This document shows, piece after piece, positions 36,720 through 48,684 of a DNA stretch of 64,000 bases. The stretch comes from Narcine bancroftii (lineage: Eukaryota). Under the pieces are notes generated by a model. It was not told the DNA's origin. It made no database searches and saw only the letters and a program-made list of their open reading frames with translations. The stretch is taken from assembly GCF_036971445.1 (NCBI RefSeq), contig NC_091474.1:28892001-28956000 (forward strand), written 5' to 3'. Numbering within the stretch: the stretch's first letter is position 1; every line of letters begins with the position of its first letter. Position numbers and translations under genes: made by a program.

Positions 36720-37405
36720 CAATAGCAGCATGTGGTCAGAGAGTGAACAGCACAAAACAAGCCTTTCAACACCATTCCATGCTGAACATTCTGGACTAGT
36801 CTCATTTGCCTCAAGATCCTTCCAATCCCCTCCTATCCATCAATCTGCCCAAATGTCTGAATGTCAAAATTAAGTTTCCTCCAGATGTGAACCATCTGAG
36901 TGGAAAAAAATTGTTTCTCAGATTCCTCTTAAATCCCTCTCCTCTCATCTTAAACCTCTGCCCTTGTTCTAGAATCATCTGCCCTGGGATAAAGATTGTG
37001 AGCATCCCCTTTATCCACACCTCTCATGATTTTATAAACCTCTGTAAGGTCTGTCGCTCTGCCTCCTGCACTCCAGGGAATAAAGACTCAGCCTTTTCCT
37101 ATAACTCAAGCTCTCCAGTCTCAGCCACATCCTGGTGATGCTCCACCATATCTCTTCCAATTCATTGGTGCCCTTCCTATAGTTGGGCCACCAGAACTGC
37201 ACACAGTACTCCCAGTGTGGTCTCACCAATGCCTTGAACATCTGAATTAGAAGATTCCCACATTGGTATTCTATATCCTGCCCAGTGAAGACACACATGC
37301 CCACCTCCTTCCCTGGCTTGCTCTCCTGAGTTCCCACTTTCAAGGAACGATGCTCCTGTACCCCTAGGTCTCTCTGTTTTAAACTGCTCCAGAGCTTCCT
37401 TCACT
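36720..37405 (-). mobile_element. CR1 LINE 3' fragment in RPLP1-like intron 3
   Basis: Peptide FKALVRPHWEYCVQFWWPNYRK. Confidence 0.8.
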
Positions 37406-37721
37406 CAAGAGGCTTGACATTCAAACCTTTTGAGTAAGTTATTGTCAATGGGAGCACTGTGTATCAACTTCGCCCTTAAGAAGCTGTAAAGGGTCCCTGA
37501 CTGGGGCAATAATCACATCAGTGGCTTTCAGTTGGTCTTGGTCCAAGGTGAATCTGTTCACGGCCGGAGACTGGCAGGAGATGCAGTGCCCGCTGGAGCG
37601 GTCAAAAATGTCTGGGCCCAGTGCTGCACAGTACAGCGTGAGTGGGCTCCAGCTGAGTTTTCCCTGAGTTTTTTCCACTTATGGATTGTTGGTGCTAATG
37701 AGATCTGTTTCTTCCCCTCAG

Positions 37722-37849
37722 CTGAAGAGAAACCTGAGGTTGAGGAGGAACCTGAGGAGTCATGGGCTTTGAGCTCTTCAACACTCAAGCCAATCCAAGA
37801 CCACCACATGGATAGGAAAAGAAAGCTGGTTGCATGGTTGGCGCATTGA
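37722..37849 (+). CDS. RPLP1: RPLP1-like exon 4, frameshifted after EEPEES
   Basis: Branch-point-like CTAAT and ttcttcccctcag|CTGAAGAGAAA...GAGGAGTC; ATGGGCTTTGAGCTCTTCAAC (MGFELFN, 37762-37782) lies in another frame; in-frame stop at 37847-37849. Confidence 0.7.
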
Positions 37850-40800
37850 TCTCCATTCAGATCCTGTGCACGATGACCTCTGACAGGTAGCCTATGTGCC
37901 CAGGTGAGAGCCACGTGGCTCTTGACGCTGTATTGAATATATTACCAGTGGTGATGATTGTACGCAAGCCAACCTTGGTTTTGGCTGCGAATTTGGGAGT
38001 TGTATCTTCCCGTTCCTGCACACAACCCTTGCACTTTGATCTCCTTTGAACATGCGCCCTCTGATAGCACGTTGCATAGAGCACATTAGTTACCTGTCCC
38101 CTGGTGAATGTTAACCCTGGAGGCTTTAGATTAAGGAAGGAGGATGGGGAGAATGATAATCTTGCCATGCCTCCTCCCTCTAATGCACTCTTCAGAAAAT
38201 TTAATATTACATAATTTTATTATAAATTACATTTTAAAATTTAAATAGTTTTATGTTTCTTAATACCTGAAGATAATTTAGTGTAGCAATAGAAACTGCA
38301 CTGTGACTGTTACTAGGAATGAGGGTGTCCCTTTCGGCACTGTATCGAATCACAAAACAGCAGCTATGGAGTGTAGAACTGTGGATTTGACAACCTGGAG
38401 GTAAACACTTAATCGCAGTTTGCACTTTTAATGTTTCCTGTGGTCCAATTTCGCATCTTAAAAGGGTATTGTTGTTTATGTAACTGCAGAATAAATCATT
38501 TCTTGGCATCACCTCATCTGAACCTCGTGGCTTTTTCCACCTAGGAGTGGCTGTTCCCAGAGGTTAAGCAGTTCTGCTGTCCATCGTGGATCCTCTCCTG
38601 TGAACACTACTATCCAATGGCCACATTACATCGGGAAGGTTGCAGTACGAGCGAAGAAATGATCAAGAACTGCAGTAACTAAACACTGAGCACATTAAAT
38701 AAATCCCTGCAATATTTATGGTCATCTCATTATCATCTGGCTTTGTGAAGGATGAAGGTTGACACAAAAGGAATCTTTGTCCCGCACATTTCCCCTAAAC
38801 CTCCTCCCCTCACCTTAAATGTCCTCTTGTGTGTGACATTTCTATCCATGGGATCTGGTGATTATAATCTCCATGGACTGTAATCATCAATACTCTGGAT
38901 ACTGGTGTTCATGTTTGGCTCAAGCCTCATTTCTTCTTATCTGAACCCTTGACCAACCCCATTCCCTACTCTGTCATCTATATGTCCAGCAAACACATCA
39001 TGCACATTCTGCAAAGAGTGGTCCATACCCCCACTGCTCTCAGAGTAAAGAGGTTTCTCCTGAATTCTCTGTTGGATTTCTTGCCAACTCTCTTGTATTG
39101 ATGGCTTCTGGTTCTGCTCCCTCCCACCCAGTGGAAACCTTGTATTATTTGACGGACATACATTTGGTCCTCCATGCCCCTCAAAAGAAGGCAGATCCAC
39201 TTCCTGTCTTGATACATCCACTGTTGCATTCCTGGTCATATCCTTGTCAACCTTCCCTGCAGCCTCCTACTGCCTCTTTTTTATCAAATCCTGACTGAAA
39301 CCAGGTGTCATACCAGGTGTATCTGCTAGGTTTGATGCAAGTCCTCAGTTCTCCCAGGTTTGCCTTTAGTGGTCTTGCCAATTTGTTTGACATTTTGAAG
39401 TTGGGATTTTGACTCCCCTGGTGACTTTGTTGCTCTCCCCACTCGACCTTGCTCTTTCAAAGTGATACTCTATCTACTAAAATGGGCGGCCATTTAAAAC
39501 AGAGATGCAGAGAAATTTCTTTAGCTAGAGAGTGGTGAACCTCTACAATTTGCTGCCATGGACAGCTGTGGAGGCCAGGTCATTGAGTGTATTTAAGGCA
39601 GAGATTAAGAGGTATTGGAATAGTTGGGGTATCAAAGGTTATGAGGAGAAGGCAGGGGAGTGGGAGAATGAATCAACTCATGACGGAGTGGCAGGAGTGT
39701 CTCGAAGTGTTGAATGGCCAATTTCTTATGGTCTGGTGTCCAACCTACGTTTCTCAGAGAAACTGAGAAGCTGCAAAATGCTGGAATTTTGAGTAGACAA
39801 AGAATTGCTAGAGGAACTCAACAGGTCAGACAGCATCCGCTGGTGGAAATGAAGTCCACGCTTCGTGGTGGAACCTTCACCAAGACAAAAATTAAAAAGT
39901 AAAATAACATGTAGAAAGGGGGAAGGAAGCTGGGGGAAGGGGGTCCAGAGGTGAGGGGACAAAAGGTTTTGTTTTCTTCCTAAGTCTGAAAGATGTGCGG
40001 GTCAGTGGTCAATTGTCGGCTGTACATTCACCCTGGTGTGTAGGGGTGGGTTATTTTGGTGGGAATAGCACAGGTACTAGGGACATGATGCTCAGAGGGG
40101 CCATGTTTCTGTCCTCAGTGACTTGTTGGTGGACTGGAATGAACTGCCAGGGAGGACATTGAAGACAAACACTCATAGCATTCAGATGGGAGCTGGACAA
40201 GTATCTGAAAGAAAGGAATCGCCAGGGAGAATGTTGGATTGTTGTTGCACAGAGCTGGTGCACACTCGACAGGCTGAATGGCCCTCAATGCTGTAGCTGT
40301 TCTATGAAGCAAGAAAGGAAGTTAGGAATAGAAAAGAGAAACTGGGAAGCTAATGGGAAGTTGACTAGTATACATAAACCCTTACAGTTAAACACTCTAC
40401 TAAAGATAGACTGCTTTCGTTGTTAGGTTGTTAGGATTACTTTCTCTTAATGATTGATTACTAATTTGTCAAACATGATGTAACTGACCACACAGTGAAT
40501 GTAATTGCCATTTGTTCTCTCTGTTACCTGATGTGACAGATTTGGAAATGTCACCACCCAATTTTCTATCCCCAGTAATTCTGTTGAACAGAAGAGACAA
40601 GAGCTGAAAACATGAACCTCCAGGTTCAGGGACCGTTCCTTTCCCGTTGTTATCAGACTCAAAATGGACCTCTCATTGGTAAATCCTGTCAATCTTCTAC
40701 AGGACAAATTCCTAGGTGTCAACATCACTGAGGAACAGTACTTTGGCCTCCATATCAATGCAATCACGAAGAAAGCTCGCCAAGGACCGGAGAACGGTTT

Positions 40801-41437
40801 CATCAGGTTGCACTGCACAATTGGATGATAATGAACTTGAATTTGAACTTAAAAGATTATGCCCTTGCTCTTTTGAAGGTACTTATTTCTTTACCCTGCA
40901 CTTTTTTGGAGTGTAAAATTATACCCAGAACATACCCTGTATGAGTTGACCTGCCTGGATAGTGTTCAGAACAAAACTTTGGACTGTATATTGGTACATG
41001 ACAACAATTCAGTTCAACGACTACCCGTGAGAGGTTGATGGGTGTGTCGTCACTGCTGCACACCTGGAAGGAGCAGTGAGGAGACCCTTCAGCCACTGGA
41101 ACCTGCTTTCCCTACTGACCAAGATCATGGCTGATGTGGACTTGGCTTCAACCCATATTCCTGCTTGTTCTCCAGCACCTTCAACATCAGTCTAGTCTAA
41201 ACATCTCCCAGTCAAACATGTTTAGTGACTCCATCTCTGCCATCCTCTCAGTAGAGAACCTTCCATGAGAAGAAATTCCTCCTCATTTCCATCTTAAATG
41301 GTGACCTCCGCAGTTTAAACTCACTCCACCAGTGAAAACGTCAGGTCCAAGTAAAACAGAAAATCTGCAAACACTGTGGTTGAAGTAAAGACATTTTTCC
41401 ATACTTTGATGAAGGGTTCAAGCCCAAAACGTCAGTG

Positions 41438-44314
41438 TGTAGCATTCTTCTCATCAGACTTCTGGTCCCGAGCGAGCTGGTCGAAGTCAAGGCCGGGCGT
41501 CAGCGTGCAGATGGCCGGTCGCTAGAGTGCATTTGCAACCACATTGTCCTTCCCCGCCTTGTGCCGAATGTCGGTGGTAAACTCCAACACGAAGGAGAGG
41601 TGACGCTGCTGGCAGGACGACCAGGGATGTTTTGCCATCGCGAGCGCCTGGGTGAGGGGTTTGTGGTCAGTGAAGATGGTAAAAGTCCTCCCCACCAAAA
41701 AATAGCGGAAATGTCTAACTGCCAGGTACATGCCCAGTAAATCAAAGGCACTATACTTGCGTTCTGGCGGGTGGAACAGGCAGCTGAAGAATGGCAGCAG
41801 CTTCCAATGTCCATTCACCTGCTACTCCAGGATGGCACCGATGGTCATGGCAGAGAAATCGACAGAGAGTGCCATATGCAGGTCGCTGTGCGAGTGGGCG
41901 AGCATGGTGGCCTTCATGAGGGCGTCCTTGGTGGCCTTGAATGCGGTCCAGGCTTCTGGGTTCCAAGTGAGCATTTTGTGCTTGGCTGTGATGAGGGTGA
42001 CCAGCAGCTGCATGATACATGCAGCTCCCGGGATGAAGCGGTTGTAAAAGTTGACCATACCCGCGAACTCCTGCAGCCCCTTGAGGCTGTCCAGGCGTGG
42101 GAACTCCCTGATAGCGGCGACCTTCGCAGTGGCAGGCATGGCTCCTTCAGCCGTGATGGTATGGCCCAGGAACTGCATGGACTCTTTCCTGAACTGGCAC
42201 TTGTCCGGATTGATGGTAAGGCTGAAATTGGCCAGCCGGGAGAAAAGGGCGCGTAGGTGTGCCTTGTGTTGCACCTGGTCCATGCTCGCGATGAGGATGT
42301 CATCCAAATAAATAAAGATGAAATCCAAGTCCCTGCCCACAGAGTCCATGAGACGCTGGAAGGTCTGAGCGGCATTCTTGGGCCCGAATGGCATGCGTAG
42401 GAATTCGAACAAGCCAAAGGGGGTGATGATGGCCGTCTTGGGTATGTCCTCAGGGTGCACTGAGATCTGGTGATATCCGTGCACCAGGTCAACCTTGGAG
42501 AAAACCCTCGCAACATGCAGGTTGGCCATAAAGTCTTGGATATGAGGGATGGGGTAATGGTCAGGAACTGTTGTCTCATTGAGCTGTCGATAGTCTCCAC
42601 AGGGATGCAAGCCACCGGAGCCTTTCAGGACCAGGTTGAGGAACGAGGCCCATGGGCTGTCGGACTGCCAAATGATCCCCAGTTCCAACAGGTGAGAAAA
42701 CTCCTCTTCAACACCAGGAGCTTGTCAAGCGGGATCTGGCATGCCTTGGCGTGAACCGGTGGGCCCTGGGTGGGGATGTGGTGAAACATCCCATGGTGCG
42801 GCGAGGCAGCGGAGAACTGTGGCTTGAGGAGTGTCGGGAACTCATCCAGGATTCGCTGGAACTCGTCTCTGGGCATGCTGATCATGGCCATCTGCAGTTG
42901 CTCTGAGCGGGAGGGGTCAAGGCAAATGTCCTGGAAGGTACAGGCATCCATCAGGTGCCTACCTCGAATGTCCACCAGAAGCCCGTGTACGAGGAGTAAG
43001 TCTGCACCCAGGATGGCATTCGGGAGGGATGAGACGGTGAACTTCCATGCAAACTTTCGTTGGCCAATCTGGAAGTGGACTGTCTTGTCTCCGTACATCT
43101 AGATTACAGTTGCGTTGCCCACACAGAGGGGAGGTCCACGAGGTAGGTTCCTGGACTCAACGGCTGTGGCCGGGATGACACTGATCTGGGCTCCAGTGTC
43201 AACAAGGAACTGCCGGCCGCTGACTGAGTCCTGCAGGTAGAGGAGGCTGTGTCCTTGGCCAGCCGCCACAGCCATTAACAGCGGCCAGCCTGGTCGTTTT
43301 CCTGGAATGAGCAGGGCTGATGACACTTCCAAGCCTTGGCTCCCCAGCACTGGTGGTAGAAGCAAAGGCCTGGAGCGGATGCTGTGGCCTTGGTTATGCT
43401 CTTGGGGGCCCCTGCAGGGGCCCAATGCTCTACCGCAGCACTAGGGGCGGGCTTGGCATGGTCGCGCTCATGCCTCGTGACCTGCTGGACCACTGAGCCT
43501 TCTGAGAATCGTGCGAGCCATAGCTCTTGGACCTTCTGGATGACCTTCCTCGGGTCGGTGAAACTCTCCTGGACCAGCAGCGGCCGGATGTCCCCAGGCA
43601 TATGGTCGAGGAAAATACGCTTGAAGAGTGGGCAGTTGGTGTGCTCACCCATGAGCATGAGCATCTCATCCATCAGCTCCATCAGGGACCTGTTCCCCAG
43701 GGCATCGAGGTGCAGCATCCGAGCGGCACGCTGGTCTTTGGATAGTCCGAGGGATCCAGTAAGCACTCGCTTGATGGTCTCATATTTGTCTTCGGCGGGT
43801 GGGTGCTGAATGAGGTGCAGCACATGTCTGGTGGTGGCCTGGTCCAGGGCAGCGACCACATGGTAGAATGTGGTCGTGTCGGACGAAATCTGGCGGAGGT
43901 GAAACTGAGCCTTTACGTGGCTGAACCAGGTCTCCGGCAGTTTCACAGCTATACTGCTGATCCCAGACTCGCTCATGATGGGTTCAAAGACATTTGAACC
44001 AGTCGGGGTCACCAATTGTAGCGGCAGCTACACTGCTCCTGACAGAACACACAGAACCAGATGGGTTGAGCTTAGTGAGGAGACTAGTTTATTGCAGGCT
44101 GCTGGGCTGTACTTATACTCCCAGCCCGGACCTGGTTGAGAACCGCACTGGAGGGCGCTGACATCACCCAGGAGTCATGTGGTCCCCCACCGCGGGCTTA
44201 TGAGCCCCGTGCTGGGAGGAAGGGATCACCCCCGATGGCGCCATTTTGGCCAGCTGCCCCGCCATGTGGCTTACAAGCAGGGCCGGTTTGCCTGCCTAGT
44301 GGTGAGCCAGCACA
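41438..44314 (-). mobile_element. CsRn1-clade Gypsy LTR retrotransposon, internally deleted (no integrase, 3' LTR reduced to about 6 nt)
   Basis: 5' LTR at 44017-44314 (TG...CA); tRNA-Trp-type PBS TGGTGACCCCGAC; gag with CHCC knuckle (CFYH...C...C); protease FLVDTGA; RT (GDYRQLN, YLDD); RNase H (TDHKPL); 4-bp TSD AGTG at 41434-41437 and 44315-44318. Confidence 0.9.
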
Positions 44315-46699
44315 AGTGTGTATTTTTATCTTTGCTTTATAATATTGACCTGCTATGTTTCTCCAACATTTTGTTTCTCCTTCAAACATCAGCTCCATCT
44401 GATCCTCAAGTTCTCAGATGTTTCAGGAGTATCAGGACGATCACTTCAAATGAGTACTGACCCAACCAGTTCAATTAGTCCTAATTAGACAACCCCAATG
44501 GTCCAGGAATCAACCTCTCTCTGATGACCTTCCTACAGCAGGAACAGTTGTGATCCATAAGTTCTCCTGTTGCCATCTTACTAGTGGCTGGTACAATTTA
44601 TAATGCTATTATGTACACCATACTCTCCCTTCTCTAACAACCACATAACTTCTTGGGCACACCCTTAGAATCAAGAACAACTTGGCCCCTCTCACCTTTT
44701 GTGTGTGCTGCAGCTCCATCTGCCGCATGCACAGAGCTTCTGTGAGCCCCCAGTCCGTGGTCTGGGAGGTCAATACCATCCCAATAGATGTTTCTCCACC
44801 TTGAATGTTCATGGAAGGGACCACTGAGAGTTGGCACATATACATGCTGAGAGGGCAAATCCAATCTGGGTAATCCCCACCCAGTCAGCCTGCTAACGTT
44901 CATCAGCAAATGATGGAAGGTAGCACTGATGATGCTAGCGAGTGGCCGTCACTCCTCAGCTTGGGCTTCACAAACCTAGACCAAGGAGCTGAAGTCCCCA
45001 GGTGAGGAGAGGTTGATTGCCCTTGATGTCGGGGCACTGTTTCTATCTGATCATAAGACATTTGAGCAGAAACAGGCCATTCATCCCATCGAGATTGCCC
45101 GCCATTTCCTCGTGAGCTGGTCCATTTTCCACTCAGCCCCACTGCCCGCCCTTTTCCCCATAATTTTTGATGGCCCCGCTATTCAAGAACCTATCAATCT
45201 CTGCCTAAAATACACCCAATGACTTGCCCTACACAACCACCTGTGGCAAACAAAAATCCTCTTCTAAGCAGATGCCCTTTGATCCTGAAGTTGTGCCCTC
45301 TTGTTCCAAACTCTCCCACCATGGGAAACATCCTTTCTTCATCTATTCTGTCCATGCCTTTCAACATTGAAACAATGATTACAAGCCAAGAGCCATCAAA
45401 CATTTCTCATATGATAACCCATTCATTCCCTGGGAAATCTTCCCTATTGGCTCTGATGTAACGACCCAATGGGCATCAAAGGAAACCTTCCAATGGTTAG
45501 AGCTGGACCTCCCCCAGAGGAAGAGCTGTCCAGTGGTCCATGGTTATTCTTGACTGGGTGTGATGGGGCTGTGGAGGGAAGATAGTTTTGGCTGTGATTC
45601 CAGGAGTTCCTCCATCCTACCATATTCTGCTGCTTCAAAGTTCCTTTGTCAGAAAAGGGGAAGTTCACTGATAGTTGCACAGACTTCAATTATATTCATA
45701 ACTCCTTTGTAAATGGAGCAGCCCACAGCTGCACCCAGACACTATGCAAGTACAGGGCATGAGGCAATTAGTGACCATCTCCAATTCAAGCAAGTCTCAC
45801 CACTAACCTTGGCTGTACAGTGGCTTTACCATCTCCAAAGTACCAACCGTGCTGAGAGTCACCATTCACTAGAATGCAACTGAATTGGCCACATAAATAC
45901 TGTGGCAGCAAGAGCCCAGAAGAGGCTGTGTGTCCTATGGCACAAGGTAGGAGTGAGGTGGAACACTCTCCACTTCTCTGGATGAGAACGGCTGTAGCAA
46001 CTCAACCCCATCCAGGACAGGATGGGGCTTTCCATTTTCTCACTGTGCCCAATGGCATGGAGTGACTGTGCCGGATTCCTACCCCTCTTCTCCACTGTGC
46101 CTGACAGCACACGGCGACAGTGTCGGATTCCCACCCCTCTCAATCCCAAGACGGAGCAGCTCCAAGATTAGCAGGAAGCCACCAGGAATGTGATTGGCCT
46201 GTTATATTGCAACAGACCAATCATCGACCCTCACCTTTGCCTGTGAGATTACACACCATGGATTTAAGGACAGTTTCTTTCCCACTGACTTCGGATTCTT
46301 GAACAAATCTCCCACTGATAAAATAGTGTTGCCTTTGTAACTGATGTCTCCGTAACTCTGTGCATCTACAATGTGTCTTACCTGCTGTCCTACATATAGG
46401 ATATCTAATTGGCCAGCTCATAAAACAACTTCTTTCACTGCATCTTGGCACATTCCACAATAGACCTGAACTAAATCTAACATTAGCAATCTTATATTAA
46501 TTTTAAATTTATAAATATTTATTAACCATTTTTAATTTAATGTATAGTATATGATTGTAGTTTTTCACAAAATCTCTGTTTGGCTGCAGCAAGTGGGAAT
46601 ATTAGTGCAATTGTACATTGTACTTGTGAATATGACAATAAACTAGTTATCGTTTGGAGTCACTGACAATAAATTTGATTTTCCTGTTAAGATGCTGGA

Positions 46700-47595
46700 A
46701 AAAATTGCTGATGACACCACGGTGGTGGGTTATATAAAAAGGGGTGATGAGTGAACATACAGGAGGGAGTTGGAAAACTTGGTGCACCAAGAACAACCTT
46801 GCACTTAAAGCCACCAAAACCAAGGAGCTGATTGTGGACTTCAGGAAGGGAAAGCTAGAGGTGAACGATCCAGTGATCACTGAGGGATCAGAGGTGGAGG
46901 GGGTGAGCATATTTAAATTCCTGGGAGTTGCAATTTCAGAGGACTTTTTCTGGAACCAACACATGAAAGTCATCATGAAGAAAGCACATCAGCGTTTCTA
47001 CTTCCTCAGTTTTCAGAGGTTCTTTAAGACACTGGGAAACTTGGCAAACTTCTACAGGTGTGTGGTGGAAAGTGCGCTGACCAGCTGCATCACGGTCTGG
47101 TGTGGGGGCACAAATACCTCTGAGTGGAAAACCCTACAAACCGTAGTTAACACAGCCCAGGACATCACAAGCAAAACCCTCCCCACCATCAAGAACATCT
47201 ACAGGGAACGCTGCTGTTGGAGAGCAGCATCAATCATCAAGGATCCACATCTCCCAGCACATGCTCTGTTCTCGTTGCTACCATCAGGAAAGTGGTCTAG
47301 GTGACACAAGACTCGTACCACCAGGTTCAAGAATAGCTGCTCCACCTCTACCATCAGACTCCTCAACAACAAACTCAATCAGGGACTCATTTAAGGACTC
47401 TTGTGCACTTTATTGATTCCTGAATATTTATTTTCAGTATTGCACCAGCCAGTTTGCACTTCCTTCTTGTTACAACATTTCTCTATTTTGTATAATTTCG
47501 AGTACAGTTTTTTGCTCTCTGGTAAGTAGAAATTCTGCCTGACCTGGAGGTTTTCTGTGATGTCATGTATGTTCTCTGACAGTTCAACTTTGAAC
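46700..47595 (+). mobile_element. Rex1/Babar-like LINE 3' fragment
   Basis: Peptide WCTKNNLALKATKTKELIVDFRK...FKFLGV...LANFYRCVVESALTSCITVW...IIKDPHLPAHALFSLLPSG. Confidence 0.85.
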
Positions 47596-47726
47596 TGTAG
47601 AAACCCAGTATTTTGTTGAGAAAGTGTCAGGTTTGGTGGGTTCAAAGAGAAGTGAATATGGAGACAAGGGTTTGCAATCAAACATAACTTTATTAACACA
47701 ACAATTATTAAGAGAGACAATTTATA

Positions 47727-47960
47727 ATGGAGCATGGGAACCTACACACACAATTTAAAAGGGAGCGTGGGAACATACACACACAATTTAAAAGGGAACA
47801 TGGGAACATACACACACAATTTATAAGGGAGCATGGGAACATACACATACAATTTATATGGGACCGTGGGGACATACACACGCAATTTAAAAGGGAGCAT
47901 GGGAACATACACACACAATTTAAAAGGGAGCGTGGGAACAAACACACACAATTTATAAGA
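47727..47960. repeat. 33-bp tandem repeat (GGGAGCATGGGAACATACACACACAATTTAAAA), about 7 copies
   Basis: Seen directly; gives an 11-aa periodicity in overlapping ORFs. Confidence 0.93.
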
Positions 47961-48684
47961 GTGTGGGAAGAGATCTTAACAAGAAACAAACAGGGGAGAA
48001 CGTTAGACTGTACACAATCATTAATTCATACAGGCAATGCAGACATTCGCACACTATAAGTAGGGGATGTACACACCCTCCCGGACCCCTGAATAAGAGG
48101 AGGTGGATCTGGTACCACTGTATCCACAGGGGTAAATGCATGCTCTTGGACTCATGATTCATCTATAGCAATTTGAGCTATAACAATAACATACCTCAAC
48201 CATGACCCAAGCGATGTCTGCAAAAGCGACCTGGCATGGAGCAGTGTCCAGGGTTATCACTATAAGGCAGAGAGGGCGAATGTCCTCTGTGCAGCTGCTA
48301 AATAGAGGGCTCTAGCCAATAAGGACGCTAGGTGATTTGAACCAGCCAATGGCAAGGTGTGCAGGGAGCAGTGGTCTGAGCCCAATTTTAACTGATATTC
48401 CACCTGCAATTAGTAACTTTGTCCATAACTTTGAGTGACAAAAAGTGCACCACGTACTGACTGGTGATGTGATTTCTGAGTGAGTTTCAGACAGGAAGCC
48501 ACTCCTCCTCCACACACACCGCCAGTTTGACCCTTGTCTTTATTATTCCTGTCCCTCTGCTGATGTGGTGTAGTTTTCCGTGAATTTTCAAATCCAGAAT
48601 GGTGTGAACTGAGAGAACCTTTTGGCAACGCCTGGATAGGCCTCAAAACAAAGTTTTTCACTTCCGTACATGGAACAATAAAGC

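Larger units (their letters stand above)
35669..37849 (+). pseudogene. RPLP1: Intron-containing 60S acidic ribosomal protein P1 (RPLP1) paralog; exons 2-4 seen, C-terminal frameshift, exon 1 not found
   Basis: Three exons with canonical AG/GT sites and RPLP1 phases 0/0/1: [25 protein letters not shown] | ALSKVNIVSLICYIGAGGP... | AEEKPEVEEEPEES, followed by an out-of-frame MGFELFN. Confidence 0.8.

Noticed and set aside
46193-46224. Small hairpin TGATTGG.CTGTT...AACAG.CCAATCA
   Set aside because: A single 13-bp imperfect stem with no supporting context.
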